Shown here: one piece after another, positions 36,801 to 48,800 of the stretch
How the letters are laid out: every line of letters begins with the position of its first letter
How positions within the stretch are numbered: the first letter of the stretch is position 1
Source: Scyliorhinus canicula
Lineage: Eukaryota
DNA: 64,000 nt
Assembly (NCBI RefSeq): GCF_902713615.1
Contig: NC_052151.1
Span: 85,301,073-85,365,072 of the forward strand
Reading direction: 5' to 3'
The notes under the pieces: generated by a model
Told to the model about the DNA's origin: nothing
Database searches by the model: none
Seen by the model: the letters and a program-made list of their open reading frames with translations, nothing else
Made by a program: the position numbers and the translations under genes

Positions 36801-39800
36801 GGATGTAGTACACAGTAAATTTAAGGTGTTTAGTGGCAGTAAATCATGTTAGAATAAGTAATGTGTACTCCCTGACTGCTTTTGTTTATTAATAATAATA
36901 ATAATAATAATGATCGCTTATTGTCACAAGTAAGCTTCAATTAAGTTACTGTGAAAGCCCCTAGTCGCCACATTCCGCGCGCTTGTTCGGGGAGGCCGGT
37001 ACGGGGATTGAACCTGTGCTGCTGGCATTGTTCTGCATTACAAACCAGCTAATTAGCCCACTGTGCTAAACCAGCCCCTATGTAGCATATTTATGTAGCA
37101 TATTTAGTTTCTATTCAATTTCTTTTCTAACTTGGAGGAAAAATGTCAGCAATTCCTTGAAGGAAGAGGAAGCATAGCTCTCTAAAATATGATTGGTAAA
37201 TTGTGACATTTTATTCTTTATATAATTGAATATAGGTTAACTCATTCCTAAAAATATTTTGGCTGGATTCTCCTTTCCTGAGTCTAAGTGTTGACACCGG
37301 GGCAGAATTCGTGGACTTTCATGACCGCAACTCAGGTGGCCAAACCCAGATCGGAGGGACTAGCACCATGTGGACACAATTGATTCCAATGAAAAACTGC
37401 CAAATTCACCGGGTTGGTGATTGACACTCGGGAGGCTAAGCTACAACCACATAAACACATTATAATGCCCACACACACTCATCCCAGCCAACAAGATGGC
37501 ACTGGTTGTGCTAGAGCGCATCCATACAGCTGATAGGTTGGCTGGGGCCAGAGGGCATCTGGGGGGGACACGCCTATACGACCCATGACCCGAAGTTCTC
37601 AGTGGGCTGTCAGCCACATGCGCAGCTATTTGATTGCCTTTCCAGCTGTGGCAATGGTGCTCCATGCCCGTCCAACCTGACCCCACAGCCCACCTCCTGG
37701 TCACCTCTCGCCACTCCCGGCCCTGGCAGACGTGCCCCCCCGGCCAGTGGCACAACTGTCAGCAAACTATGATGGTGTTGGACACCTTTCTTGCTCTCTC
37801 AGCAGCCACGACACGGGTTTCATGATTTCTAAAAATGCAAGTGAACGCCGCTGTCGGGAACTCGGCCCATCGGAGGCGGAGAATCGCAGAGGCCCGGGAG
37901 AATACCGCTAATAATATGCAAACGGTGTTTACTGTATGTGCGTTCTGGACCGCATTGACGCTGCTGTCGAGGTGATGGAGAATTGTGATTTGCCGTCAAA
38001 TCGGCACCTGCCACGCATTTGCCATCAAGAACCTATTCTCCACCTAATCGTGTGTCCCAACTTCGGCGTCAGCCAACAGAGAATCCCGTCCCTTGTTTTA
38101 GAGGTATCTCTGCTCCATTCTGAATGAAAATATTTATTGCCTTTCCCAGGTAGCCATAGTCTATTAATACAAGGCATTCAAAACAGAGACTAATAAATTC
38201 CTTAAACCGTTATTCTAATTTAATGGGAACCTGGTGTTTTAATTCTGTGAAGTGTTCCAAATACATTTTCAGCGAGACTAGAGATTCATGGGTTGAGTTT
38301 TTAAAAAGACATGGTTGCTAGAAAAAGAAGCTAGTTGCTTTTATCCATATGTTAAGTGGACTAAAACATTTCAATTATACACAGTTTATAATGATGAACT
38401 GTAATTGGTCCAGGATATATGCGATAGAAATGTGATGGTCCTTTCAATTGATTCTTGTTCCATTGTTGCAGCTCTGATTTATTACTGTGCCAAATTGGTG
38501 CTAGGAATTATGTATGTGCATAAATCACTGAATTCACACTGAAGTAAAGTTCAAGTGTAAAATATTGATTTTTCTATGATTTAACTGTCACTAAGTAATG
38601 TTTTATTTTCAACAGTCCGGATTACACCCCCATCAACGTAGCGATATCTGAAGCATTAACAAAGAAAACAATCCTTGATTTTGTTCATTTTTCTGGTTCA
38701 AGAATATCATCCCCTGAAATAACTTCTTCGACAATGTTAAGGCAGTCGCAACATATTTTTAATTTTGATAAAGAAAATCTTGACAACTGTGCTTCACCAC
38801 AAAAATTGTTGGTTAATCAATGTCGAGATGATTCACAGGAGAAAGTCTCTAGGCTGTCTCTCAACAGAAAGGGCAATCTGCACAGGGCTGCAAGTTCTTT
38901 CTATCGGAAGCGGGAACAGCTTTATCTCGCCCCTCTTGAGAGAAAATTGTTTTTTGAAAACAAGCTTTCCAAATGCGCCAATGTCGATGAACAACATGAT
39001 GTGAAAAGTGCAAAGTCTCAAATGAAGAAACAAACTGAAGCAAAAGTAAAGCTGCCGGTCGGTTCCAGTTCTAAAGCTCCATTAAATTCAAAAGAAACCC
39101 GAATTAAACAAAAAGTCAGAAATAATGGCACTACAGGAATGACCCATCAGAACAAAAGTGCATATTATGGATCTGTAACCAAGACACTTCTTTTCACTTC
39201 AAAGGTGAATGGCCTAAAGGTGCAGCAAAAACCTCGAATCCAATTAGGTGCAGCTTTCTTTTCCACAGGCAGAAAATCCCAGTTTTTGCTGAACCAGAAA
39301 TTGCCAGACCCCAGTGCCAAATCATTTCCATCAAATCGCGGCTTCCAGCATTATCACAGTAAAAGCAACACGAACGATGTCAAGAAAGCTATTAAGGAAG
39401 CTCTTCAGGTAGTTAATGACAGTGAAATGACTAATGAGATTCGAGAGAGCACTTATAATATGAGAGCGGAACCAAAAGTGGGAAGAAAAGCTGCAAAATA
39501 TGCACAACTGCCTGCGAAACTGGTTGAACGTTTGCTTACGCGAGAGGTGAAAATAGTACTTCAGCGAATTGAAGTGGCACGACATCCAGTATCGATAACC
39601 AAGGAGAAGACATTGCAAAAGGATGATTTGACAACAAAAGTAAGATAAAAGAATTTTATTAACTTTTTAACTACTCTCCTCCCATCAATATTTAATTAAA
39701 TGTGCTGCTTGGGATATTTAATGAATGCCCTAGCATAATTAGTGACGACTTAATTTTTTTGTAGCGCTCTTATTTGAAGATGTAAATCCAAATGTGTGGA

Positions 39801-42800
39801 ATGTTGTTTTCCTGTGCTGTGCAGCGTCGAACCCTGTTAAGTCGATTCTCAGAATGGTTGCAACACAAATTCGCCCATTGTATCCATTCTGGCTCTGCAA
39901 AAGTATTTCAGCTCCTCTCATTGCCCTCCCCTTTCTCAGTAGCCCTGCAATTTCTTTTCCCTTCAGTTATTTATCCAATTTCTTTTGAAACCCACATTGG
40001 TAGCACTGCTGCCTCCGCGCCAGAGACCCAGGTTCAATTCCTACTTAGGGTGACTGTGGAGTTTTCACTTTCTCCCTATGTCTCTGTGGGTTTCCTCCGG
40101 GTGCTCCGATTTTCCCCCCACAGTCCAAATATATGCAGGTTAGATGAGGTTATGTAGGTAGGGTGCTCTTTCAGAGGGTCGGTGCAGACTCAATTTACCC
40201 AATGGCCTGCACTGTTGAAATTCTAAATCTGCCTCCACCACACTGTTTCTTCCAGATGCTAACCACTCACAGTATAAAAATATTTTTTCTCGTGTCTCCT
40301 TTGGTTCTTTTGCCAATCGTCTTAAATCTGTGTCTTCTGGTTCTCGATTATTCTGCCAGTGAAAGTTATTTCCACCTTCCTTATGTCAGTATCCTTAGCT
40401 ACCCTGGTGATTTATCGACTTTAGCTGGCAGCCTTTCCGATACCTATTCTTTATCAATTTTAGCCCATCTAGTATCTCGGCTGTCTACTTTTTCATTGAC
40501 GTCAGAGGCATCTTCATCCTTGGTAGCACCGTACTGTTTATGTCTCTAGTGCTATCTGTCTCTCCCAATTATTTGTGAAACTATTTTATCCTTTCTAATG
40601 TTCCATCCAGTTTCTATTCCCTCTGTCCCACCCATCCGACCTGTATAGCTCCCACGTCTCCCAGAACCAGTCCCAATTTCCTGGGCATCTAAAATCCTCC
40701 CTCTTCTGCTATCTCTCTTGCCATGTAATCATCCGCGCATTCCTATTTCTATGCTCACCACTGGGAGTCAATCAGGTCCAGCACACAAGATCTCATCCCT
40801 CTTTCTACCAGTATCATTGGCATTGACACAGACCATGACCTCTGGTTGTCATCCCCTCCTTCAGCATGTTCAGTAGCAACCATGACCTTGGTATCTGGAA
40901 GGCAACACTGTCCTGGAATTACAGCTGTAGAATCACCTGTCTGTTAGACTGACTGTAGAATCCTCTAATACTGCTGCTTTCCTAATCTGAGTGTTGTTGA
41001 TGATAAAGATGTGCTGTTGAATCTTTTGATCTTGCACTCATCAGGACAGGCAAGAATGCCAAATGTTCCTATTTTCATTTAACTCGGTTTTGTTTTCCTT
41101 GGAGCAGAGGAAACTGATAGGGCACATGATTGAGCTGTATAACATTAAGGGGTATAGATAGAGAAGACAGGAAGACAATTTTCCCCTTCGTGGAGGGATC
41201 AATGACCAGGGAGCATAGATGTAAGGTAAGGAGCAAGAGGTTCAGAGGGGATGTGAGGAAAAAGTTTTTTACCCAGAGGGTGATGGAAGTTTGGAACTCA
41301 CTGCTTGAAAGGTTGGTGGAGGCAGAGACTCTGATAACATTTAAGAAGTATTTAGATGTGCTCTTGTGATCCCAGGGCATACAAGGCTCTTGGCCAAGTG
41401 CTAGAAAATAAGATTAGAATAGTTAGGTGGTTATTTGTGACCGGCGCAAAAGTGATGGGCCGAAGGGCCTTTCCTGTACTGTATGACTGTGAGCTGCAGT
41501 TTGAACACACCGCATGCAACTGAACTAATTTTTCAGAACTATAATACGTTTCGGCTGTATAAATTGGATTTCATTGTGTAAGTGATGATTCAGCTGAAGC
41601 TTTACTATTAATTAAATGTTTATAGAAATTCAACCTGATGTAGAGCTTCACGGGATTTTATTGTGAGAGATAAGAGTGAGCACATGTGCATGTATGTGAT
41701 TTTATGTAGTTTGGCAACCTTCCTAGATTTTTTTGAGGAACTATAGCTTTCAACTTTCATATAACTGACCCTAAAATCGGTGTCGACCCCTCGCCGATTC
41801 TGCGACCGGTGAAGGGCTAGCAGCCGTGCTAAGTAAAACTCCTGGCTCCCACGATAAAAACAGCTGGCGAATGGCTGGGCCGTGGCCGCGCATGCGCAGG
41901 GGGACGACCTGCAGCGGTCGCATCATAAAACATGGTGCCAGCCATGCGCGGACCCGACCTGCCAGGTAGTGTCCCCCTGGCCACCCCCCTACCCCCCCCC
42001 GGACAGCTGCACGGCTCCCGCCCGACTGGCGACGCTGGACACAGTCCACAGTGGCCACTTCAGTTTCTCGACCGCTGAGAACACAGGTCAACCGCGCGGT
42101 TGGGAACTCAGCCCATCGGGGGAGAGGCCTTCAGGTGACGTGCTAACCCCGTCCCAACGGAGGGGGCGGAGGATACGAAACCTGCGGTAAACGGGCGCTG
42201 CCCCCGATTCCGGTGTCAGAAGAGATTCACTGGCCAATCGCCAATTACGAAATCGCCATCTGAACGGTGAATCCCACCCCATATCTGTCCATTGATTGTT
42301 GATTTTCTTCCTTTTTAACCCATCTTTTCTTTTCTCTTCCAAATGTAAATTTATCAAACTGTTGCTGTACTGTAAGGTATTTTCTGTACTAAAATTCATT
42401 ATCATTGTTAACACTTAATAAGCAGAAAAGGATTTTTTAAAAAAGAGGAGACTGCCTCCGATTGCACACATGCTAAACTAGCTGGGTCTGAATGAAATCT
42501 TTTTAGAACTGAGATGAGGACAATTTTTTTGTTGCTGGTGTGTGAAATTCTCTTCTCCAGAAAGTAGTGGAAGTTGGGTCATTGAATTTATTCAGCGCAG
42601 TTAGTCACAGTCTGGTTAGGCAAGGGAGTTGAAGGTTATGGGAGAAGACAGGAAAGTGAAGCTGAGACCACAATCGCAAGACCATAAGAAATAGGAACAG
42701 GAGTAGACCTTTCGGCCCCTCTAGCTCCGCAATTCAATAGGATCGTGGCTGATCCGACATTCCTCACGTCCACTTTCCTGCCCTTTCCCTGTAACCCTTG

Positions 42801-45800
42801 ATTCCCTTACAGACCAATAATCTATCTCTCGGGCATAAATATAAGGACTCTGCCCCCACAGCTTTCTGTAGCAAGGAATTCCAAAGACTCAACCTTCTGA
42901 GAAAATAAATTCCTACATATTAGTCCTAATTGAAATTAAGCCTCTCTCATGGGTTCTCTCCCATGAGGATAAACATCCTCTCAGCATTTACCACGTCAAG
43001 CCCCTTAAGAATCCCATATGTTTCAATGAGATCACCTCTCAATACTCTAAATTCATAAGACAATCCCTCCATACTGGGAATCATACTAGTGAACCTTTTC
43101 TGAACCACTTCAATAAAATAATATCTTTCCTTAAGTGAGGGGACAAAAACTGCTCAATGTACTCCAGATGTGGTCTCATCAGTATGTTATACAGTGGCAG
43201 CAAGACTTCCCTACTCTTGTGCTCCAACCCCCTTGAAATAAGGGCCAACATTCCATTAGCCTTCCTGATTACCTGCCGCTCCTGTGTGCTAGCTTTGTGT
43301 TTCGTGCACAGGTGCCCCCAAATTCCTTTGTGTTGCAGCTTTCTGCTTTCTCCAGATCAACCACCATCTTATTGAATAGTGGAGCAGGGCCAAATGCCCA
43401 CTCCTGCTTCTATGTTCCTATGACCTGTGGTTCATAACCCCTCTTGAGTAGTTGTGAACCGTAGTATTGATTAAGTGTTCAAAAGTAAGGTCAAATGGTC
43501 TTATCTAAGCCCCCAACTTCAGCCCATTTTCTGTTATACGCTGCATTTCCATGCCCAAGCATCCAATATACATTCTGTACAGGACCAGTGAACCCAATGG
43601 TAATAATAGGCTACCAAGGCAGGTCAAAGGCTAGGACTCCTATGGCGAGTAACTCACCATCTGACCCCACCCCCCAAAGCCTGTCCACCATCTACAAGGT
43701 ACAAGTCAGGTGTGTATTGGAATACTCTTCACTTGCCTGGATATGTGCAGCTCCAACAACACTCGAGAAGCTTGATACCATCCAGGACAAAGCAGCCCAC
43801 TTGATTGTTCATCCTTCCACAAGCATTCAAACCCTCCACCACCAACGAACAGTGGCAGCCATGTGTACCATCTACAAGATGCACTGCAGTAACTCACCAA
43901 GCTTCCTTCGACAGCACCTTCCAGACCCACAACCACTACCATCGAGAAGGACAAGAGCAGCAGATATCTGTGAACCACACCACCTGAAGGTTCCCCTCTC
44001 AAGTCCCTCACCACCCTGACTTGGAAATATATCGCCTTTCCTTCACTGTCGCTGGGGCAAAATCCTGGAACTCCCTCCCTAACAGCATAGTGGATGTATC
44101 TACACCCGAAGAACTGCAGCGGTTCAATAAGGCAACTCATCACCACCCTCTGAAGGACAACTAGGGATGGGCAATATATGCTGGCCTAACCAGCGACACG
44201 CACATCCCATAAATGAATTTTTTTAAAAAGCATCTGTGAAACTGCTTAAAAAAACACCTATTCATAATTTTCTGGAAAAACTGCTAGAAAAATATTAATG
44301 AACTAGACCTTTAATTATCAATAACAAAGGCTATAAGCACTTAACACCTCATTGTCTTGTACAAATAGATATTGAGCCATTGACAAAAGAGATCACAGAA
44401 AAATAACTTTTTATACCATCATACAACTGTCAGTCGAGCAAAATTTTCTCTTCCCTGCATTTTTGCCAATAAAGTAAATCCTTCCATGGGAATCTTGTTA
44501 CGGGCCAGGGTTTAGAAAACTCCAAAGTATATCATGGAGTTCACCTCACCCACGACGTTTAATAGATTTTGGTTATGGGGAGAACAAGGGTTCACTCTCC
44601 TGATGTTATGCAACAGAGACCTTAAGTATTTTGAAAACAAAACAATGTTTATTCTATGAACCCAGTTAACATTTTGTAAACACAGTGAACATCTTATCAA
44701 CTACCAACCCATGTAATCTCACAGATACAAAACTATAGGTAACCCTTAATACTTTTCCGAGCAACATCCATAAGTTAAACCCTTTTTTAACAAAGACAGC
44801 AGGTTTACATTCTCTACAGAAACAGGTATTACTTTGAAATCATCAAGTGAACTGAAGACATTCTTTAGCTTGTAGAGAGAGAGATCATTACACATCTTCT
44901 TGCTTTGAATACAGCTCTTCAACTCTGAAAACGAAACCAAAAACAGAGCCACAAAGCAGCTTTTCAGCTCAAAACGAAAGTGAAAGACAGCCAGGCTCCA
45001 CCCACACACTGACATTGCAGCTATTTGATAAACACCCATTTCTTAAAGGTATATCCACCTGACCGTCTGGACCCGTGCAGTTACCACTAATCTGTTTTCG
45101 AGCTTTATTGCCCCTGCCTTTCTAAAGCAAAAATTGTTTCTGACTGGGCATTTCCTATTGAGTCAGGAAATTTCCCAACTTAAACTACCTGCCTCGATAA
45201 TGAAAATCCGGCCCTAAACAGTTTGGTGCTGATATAAAGGGGTTTACCTTGCTGTATTCGATTTGTGTACAAGACACCCTGTTGCACGTTTTACTTGAGT
45301 GTATTACGCGTTTATTGGAGTGTATTAACACGCCTCCGTTTAAAGGCCGTGTGCTTAACACTACTACAGCTCTGTGTATGTATTTTCAGCTCGGAGTCGC
45401 CAGGTGTCGTATTTAGACACCTCCCAAGTATTTCAAGGTCAGGTTCAAAGTAATAAAACTATACACCGATTAGTAAGTTCAAACGATCAATATTTATTAT
45501 ACAAATAAATACGCATGCATACGCTAAAGACTAATACCTATTTCTACTATTAAACGACTAAATACTTATCTAAGTAGGAACCAGCAAGGTCAGGGGACAA
45601 GGCCTTTGTTCCTTTCTGGGCTGCACCTTCTGTTCTCTACTAGTCGAATAATGTATAAGCAATGCCGGGTTCACGTAGCGAGCGTCGTTTTGGCACTTAC
45701 TGAACGATGGCTGGTGCTCAACGGCCGGTGATGGAAGACAGGATCTGGAGTCGGAGTCAAAACAGCAGTCCAAGCCGGAGCACAAAAACAGCAACGGAGC

Positions 45801-48800
45801 CGGAGCACAACAGACCTGAGCCGGAGTCAACAGACAGAACCATGTGCGGGGTCTATCTTTATAGGTCCCCCAAAGTCCGTGCCTCTTCGGGGCGGGCCTT
45901 TACCTGCCATGTATCGATTGGGTCATTTCCCAATCGATGTCTTACAAATCCCCCAATCTGAGGGTCTCTTCTCGATGGGTGGGGCGGTCTCTAGGGTCTT
46001 TTGTGATGGATACTTCTGGTGCCGCTTCGTCTGGGCGTCCACACAAAGTATCCATTCAAACCCAAATGTTGCTATTGTGTGTGCCCAGATCTGGATCGCC
46101 TCATTACTATGCAAAGCGTTTTGCTATTTACACCTTTGGTTGAGATCTTTCACCTGGCCATAAACTAGTTTCGATACGTGCAGAATGCTAATTAGCCTTT
46201 GCAGACTGCTTGTCCTGGCTAAGACTGTTTTCTCCCTACAGTCTTAGCAGTTCTCCATTTTGTTAGCCCAGTGTCCATCTTGGGTGGCTACACCCCCCCT
46301 CCCCCAGGAATTTTGGGGCCTACAAGAAGTAATTTTACTTCCTTGAGATGCATTTCCTCTGCAACATTAGCAAACAGTAATCTGCTTAAAACAAATATTT
46401 CAAACATTTATAATTTGGGCACCATTTGTGTGGATTTTTAAAAACTTTACCTTCAAAGATGCAATGAAAATGTGGTTTATACACCGAGGCTGCCACCAAA
46501 AAGACAATTTGTTTCAACTGCTGGACCTTCAGCTGCTGTTACGGGCAGATTATGGCAGATTGGTGACATCACTGGGCTAGTAATCCAGAGGCCAAGACTA
46601 ATGCTCTGGAGACATTGCTTCAGATTCCACCAAGACAGTTGGTGGAATAAGTTCAATGAATGAATCTGGAATTGAAAGCTAGCCTCAGTAACAGTGACAA
46701 TGAAACTCAGTAATTGTTGTACAAACCTATCTGCTTTACTAGGGAAAGAAACCGAGCCTGGTCTGTGTGGGTGACCAATGGGGATGGGCAACAAATGCTG
46801 GCCTATCCAGCAAAACCATTTCCCATTAAAAAAAAATGTGACCAGGCAGCACAGTGGCTAGCACTGCTGCATCACAGTGCCAGGGACCCCGTTTCAATTC
46901 CGACCTAGGGTGACTGTGTGGAGTTTGCACTTTCTCCTCTCTGTTGGTTTCCTCCGGGTGCTTCGGTTTCCTCCCACAGTCCAAAGATGTGCAGGTTAGT
47001 GGATTGGCCGTGCTAAATTGCACCTTGCTGTCCAAAAGGCTGGGTGAGGTGATGGGTATGGGGCAGGGGTGTGGGCCTAGGTAGGGTGCTATTTTGGCTG
47101 GTCGGTGCAAACTTGATGGAGCGAATGGCCTCCTCCTGCACTTCAGCAATTCTATGATTAGAGCATTTGCTATATGCTTCAGAAGTTGTGGACACGCCAA
47201 TATCCAATGATTCATCTTTAAAGGCTCCAGATTTGAGTAATGAGATTATCTTTGCCAATTTTCATGTGATAGAAACAATTTTAGTAGTGTCCCATCCCTA
47301 GAATAGAATGTGGGATTCAGACACTTGAAAGGAAAGGTTGCAAACCTAAATAGAATGAATGGGAAGAAAGGAACAAAAAAAGATATTCAAACTTATTTCA
47401 ACTTTGATTTGTTTGGAATGAATATTCTGATATCAGAGTGCCTTTCTTGCTGATAATTAGTGTTTGCATTAATAGTAAATAGTCCAGAGAGCCCAGTAAA
47501 GCTGCTAATTGACTAAAGGAATGCCTTTTGGTTTGGATGCCAGGTTGTTTTGTCTTTCCCAGTAATGCACCGTAGGATGTCTTTGTGTTTAAAAAATGCT
47601 ATATAAATTCAGTTATTATTGAAACCATGCATTTAAATAACATAAAAGTAAATTACCGTGAATGCTGGAATTTGAAACAAAAACGGAAAACACTGGACAA
47701 TCTCAGCAGGTCTGACCGCACCTATGGAGAGAGAAGAGAGCTAACGTTTCGAATCTGGCTGACTTTGACAAAGAGTCATCCAGACTCGAAATTGTAGCTT
47801 TCTACTTTCCACAGATGCTGTCAGACCTGCTGAGATTGTCCAGTATTTTCTGTTTTGTTGCATTTAAATAACACTTGCAAGAGATGTGAACAATAGTGAA
47901 TGAACTGCACAAACCAAAATGTTAATTTTACTGGTTGATTTTGTATATTTGCTTTGGCAGTGTTGCTAGTAATGGGGCAAGCAATGTTGTTGATCCAGAT
48001 TAATCTGACTTTAGAAGGTGCTCTCTCAAAAGAAAACTGTTTCAGTTACATCACATGAAGCAGATAAATAGCCAAACAAGCTGCTTGTTTTAATTTTGAA
48101 CGGCTGATATGTTCTGAATTCCTGTCAAAATAGTGGCATGAATAATGAAGTTATGATGTTGAATAATTTTTCTTGACCTTGGAATATGACCGATGAATTA
48201 CGAAAAATACAGAGGGTAAGGTAAAAGCTAAAGTCACCATAAGACATAGGAGCAGAATTAGGCCATTCGGCCCATCAAGTCTGCTCCGCCTCAAACCTGA
48301 CACGTTTCTCATTCCCATTCTCCTGCCTTCTCCCCATAACTCCTGATTCCCTTATTAATCAAGAACCTAGCCATCACTATCTTAAAGACACTCGGTGATT
48401 TGGCCTCCACAGCCTTCTGTGGCAAAAAGTTCCACAGATTCACTACCCTCTGGCTGAAGAAATTCATCTCGATTTGAAAGGATTGGCCCTTCAGTCTGAG
48501 GCTGTGCCCTCTGGTTATAGTTTTTCCTACTAGTGGAAACATCCTCTCCACTTCCACTCTATCCATCTCGGCGTCTCAGTATTCTGTAAGTTTCAATAGG
48601 ATCCCCCCCTCATTCTTCTAAACTCCCAACGAGTACAGACCCAGAGTCCTCGAGCGTTCCTCATACGACAAGCTGTTCATTCCAGGGATCATTCTTGTGA
48701 ACCTCCTCTGTACCCTTTCCAAGGACCGCACACCCTTCCTTAGATACATACCCCAAAACTACTCTCAATATTCCAAATGGGGTCTGACCAGAGCCTTATA

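Noticed and set aside
37158-37160. TGA as selenocysteine codon
   Set aside because: ESCO2 is not a known selenoprotein, the aligned position is not Cys, and the 3' UTR (where a SECIS would be) is outside the window.
46459-46545. Possible extra ESCO2 exon
   Set aside because: Phase-0 reading hits TGA at codon 3; no clear donor.
47961-48215. Possible extra ESCO2 exon ending at strong donor AGG|GTAAGG
   Set aside because: The frames tested from nearby acceptors contain stops; exon 3 to 54835 already joins in phase.
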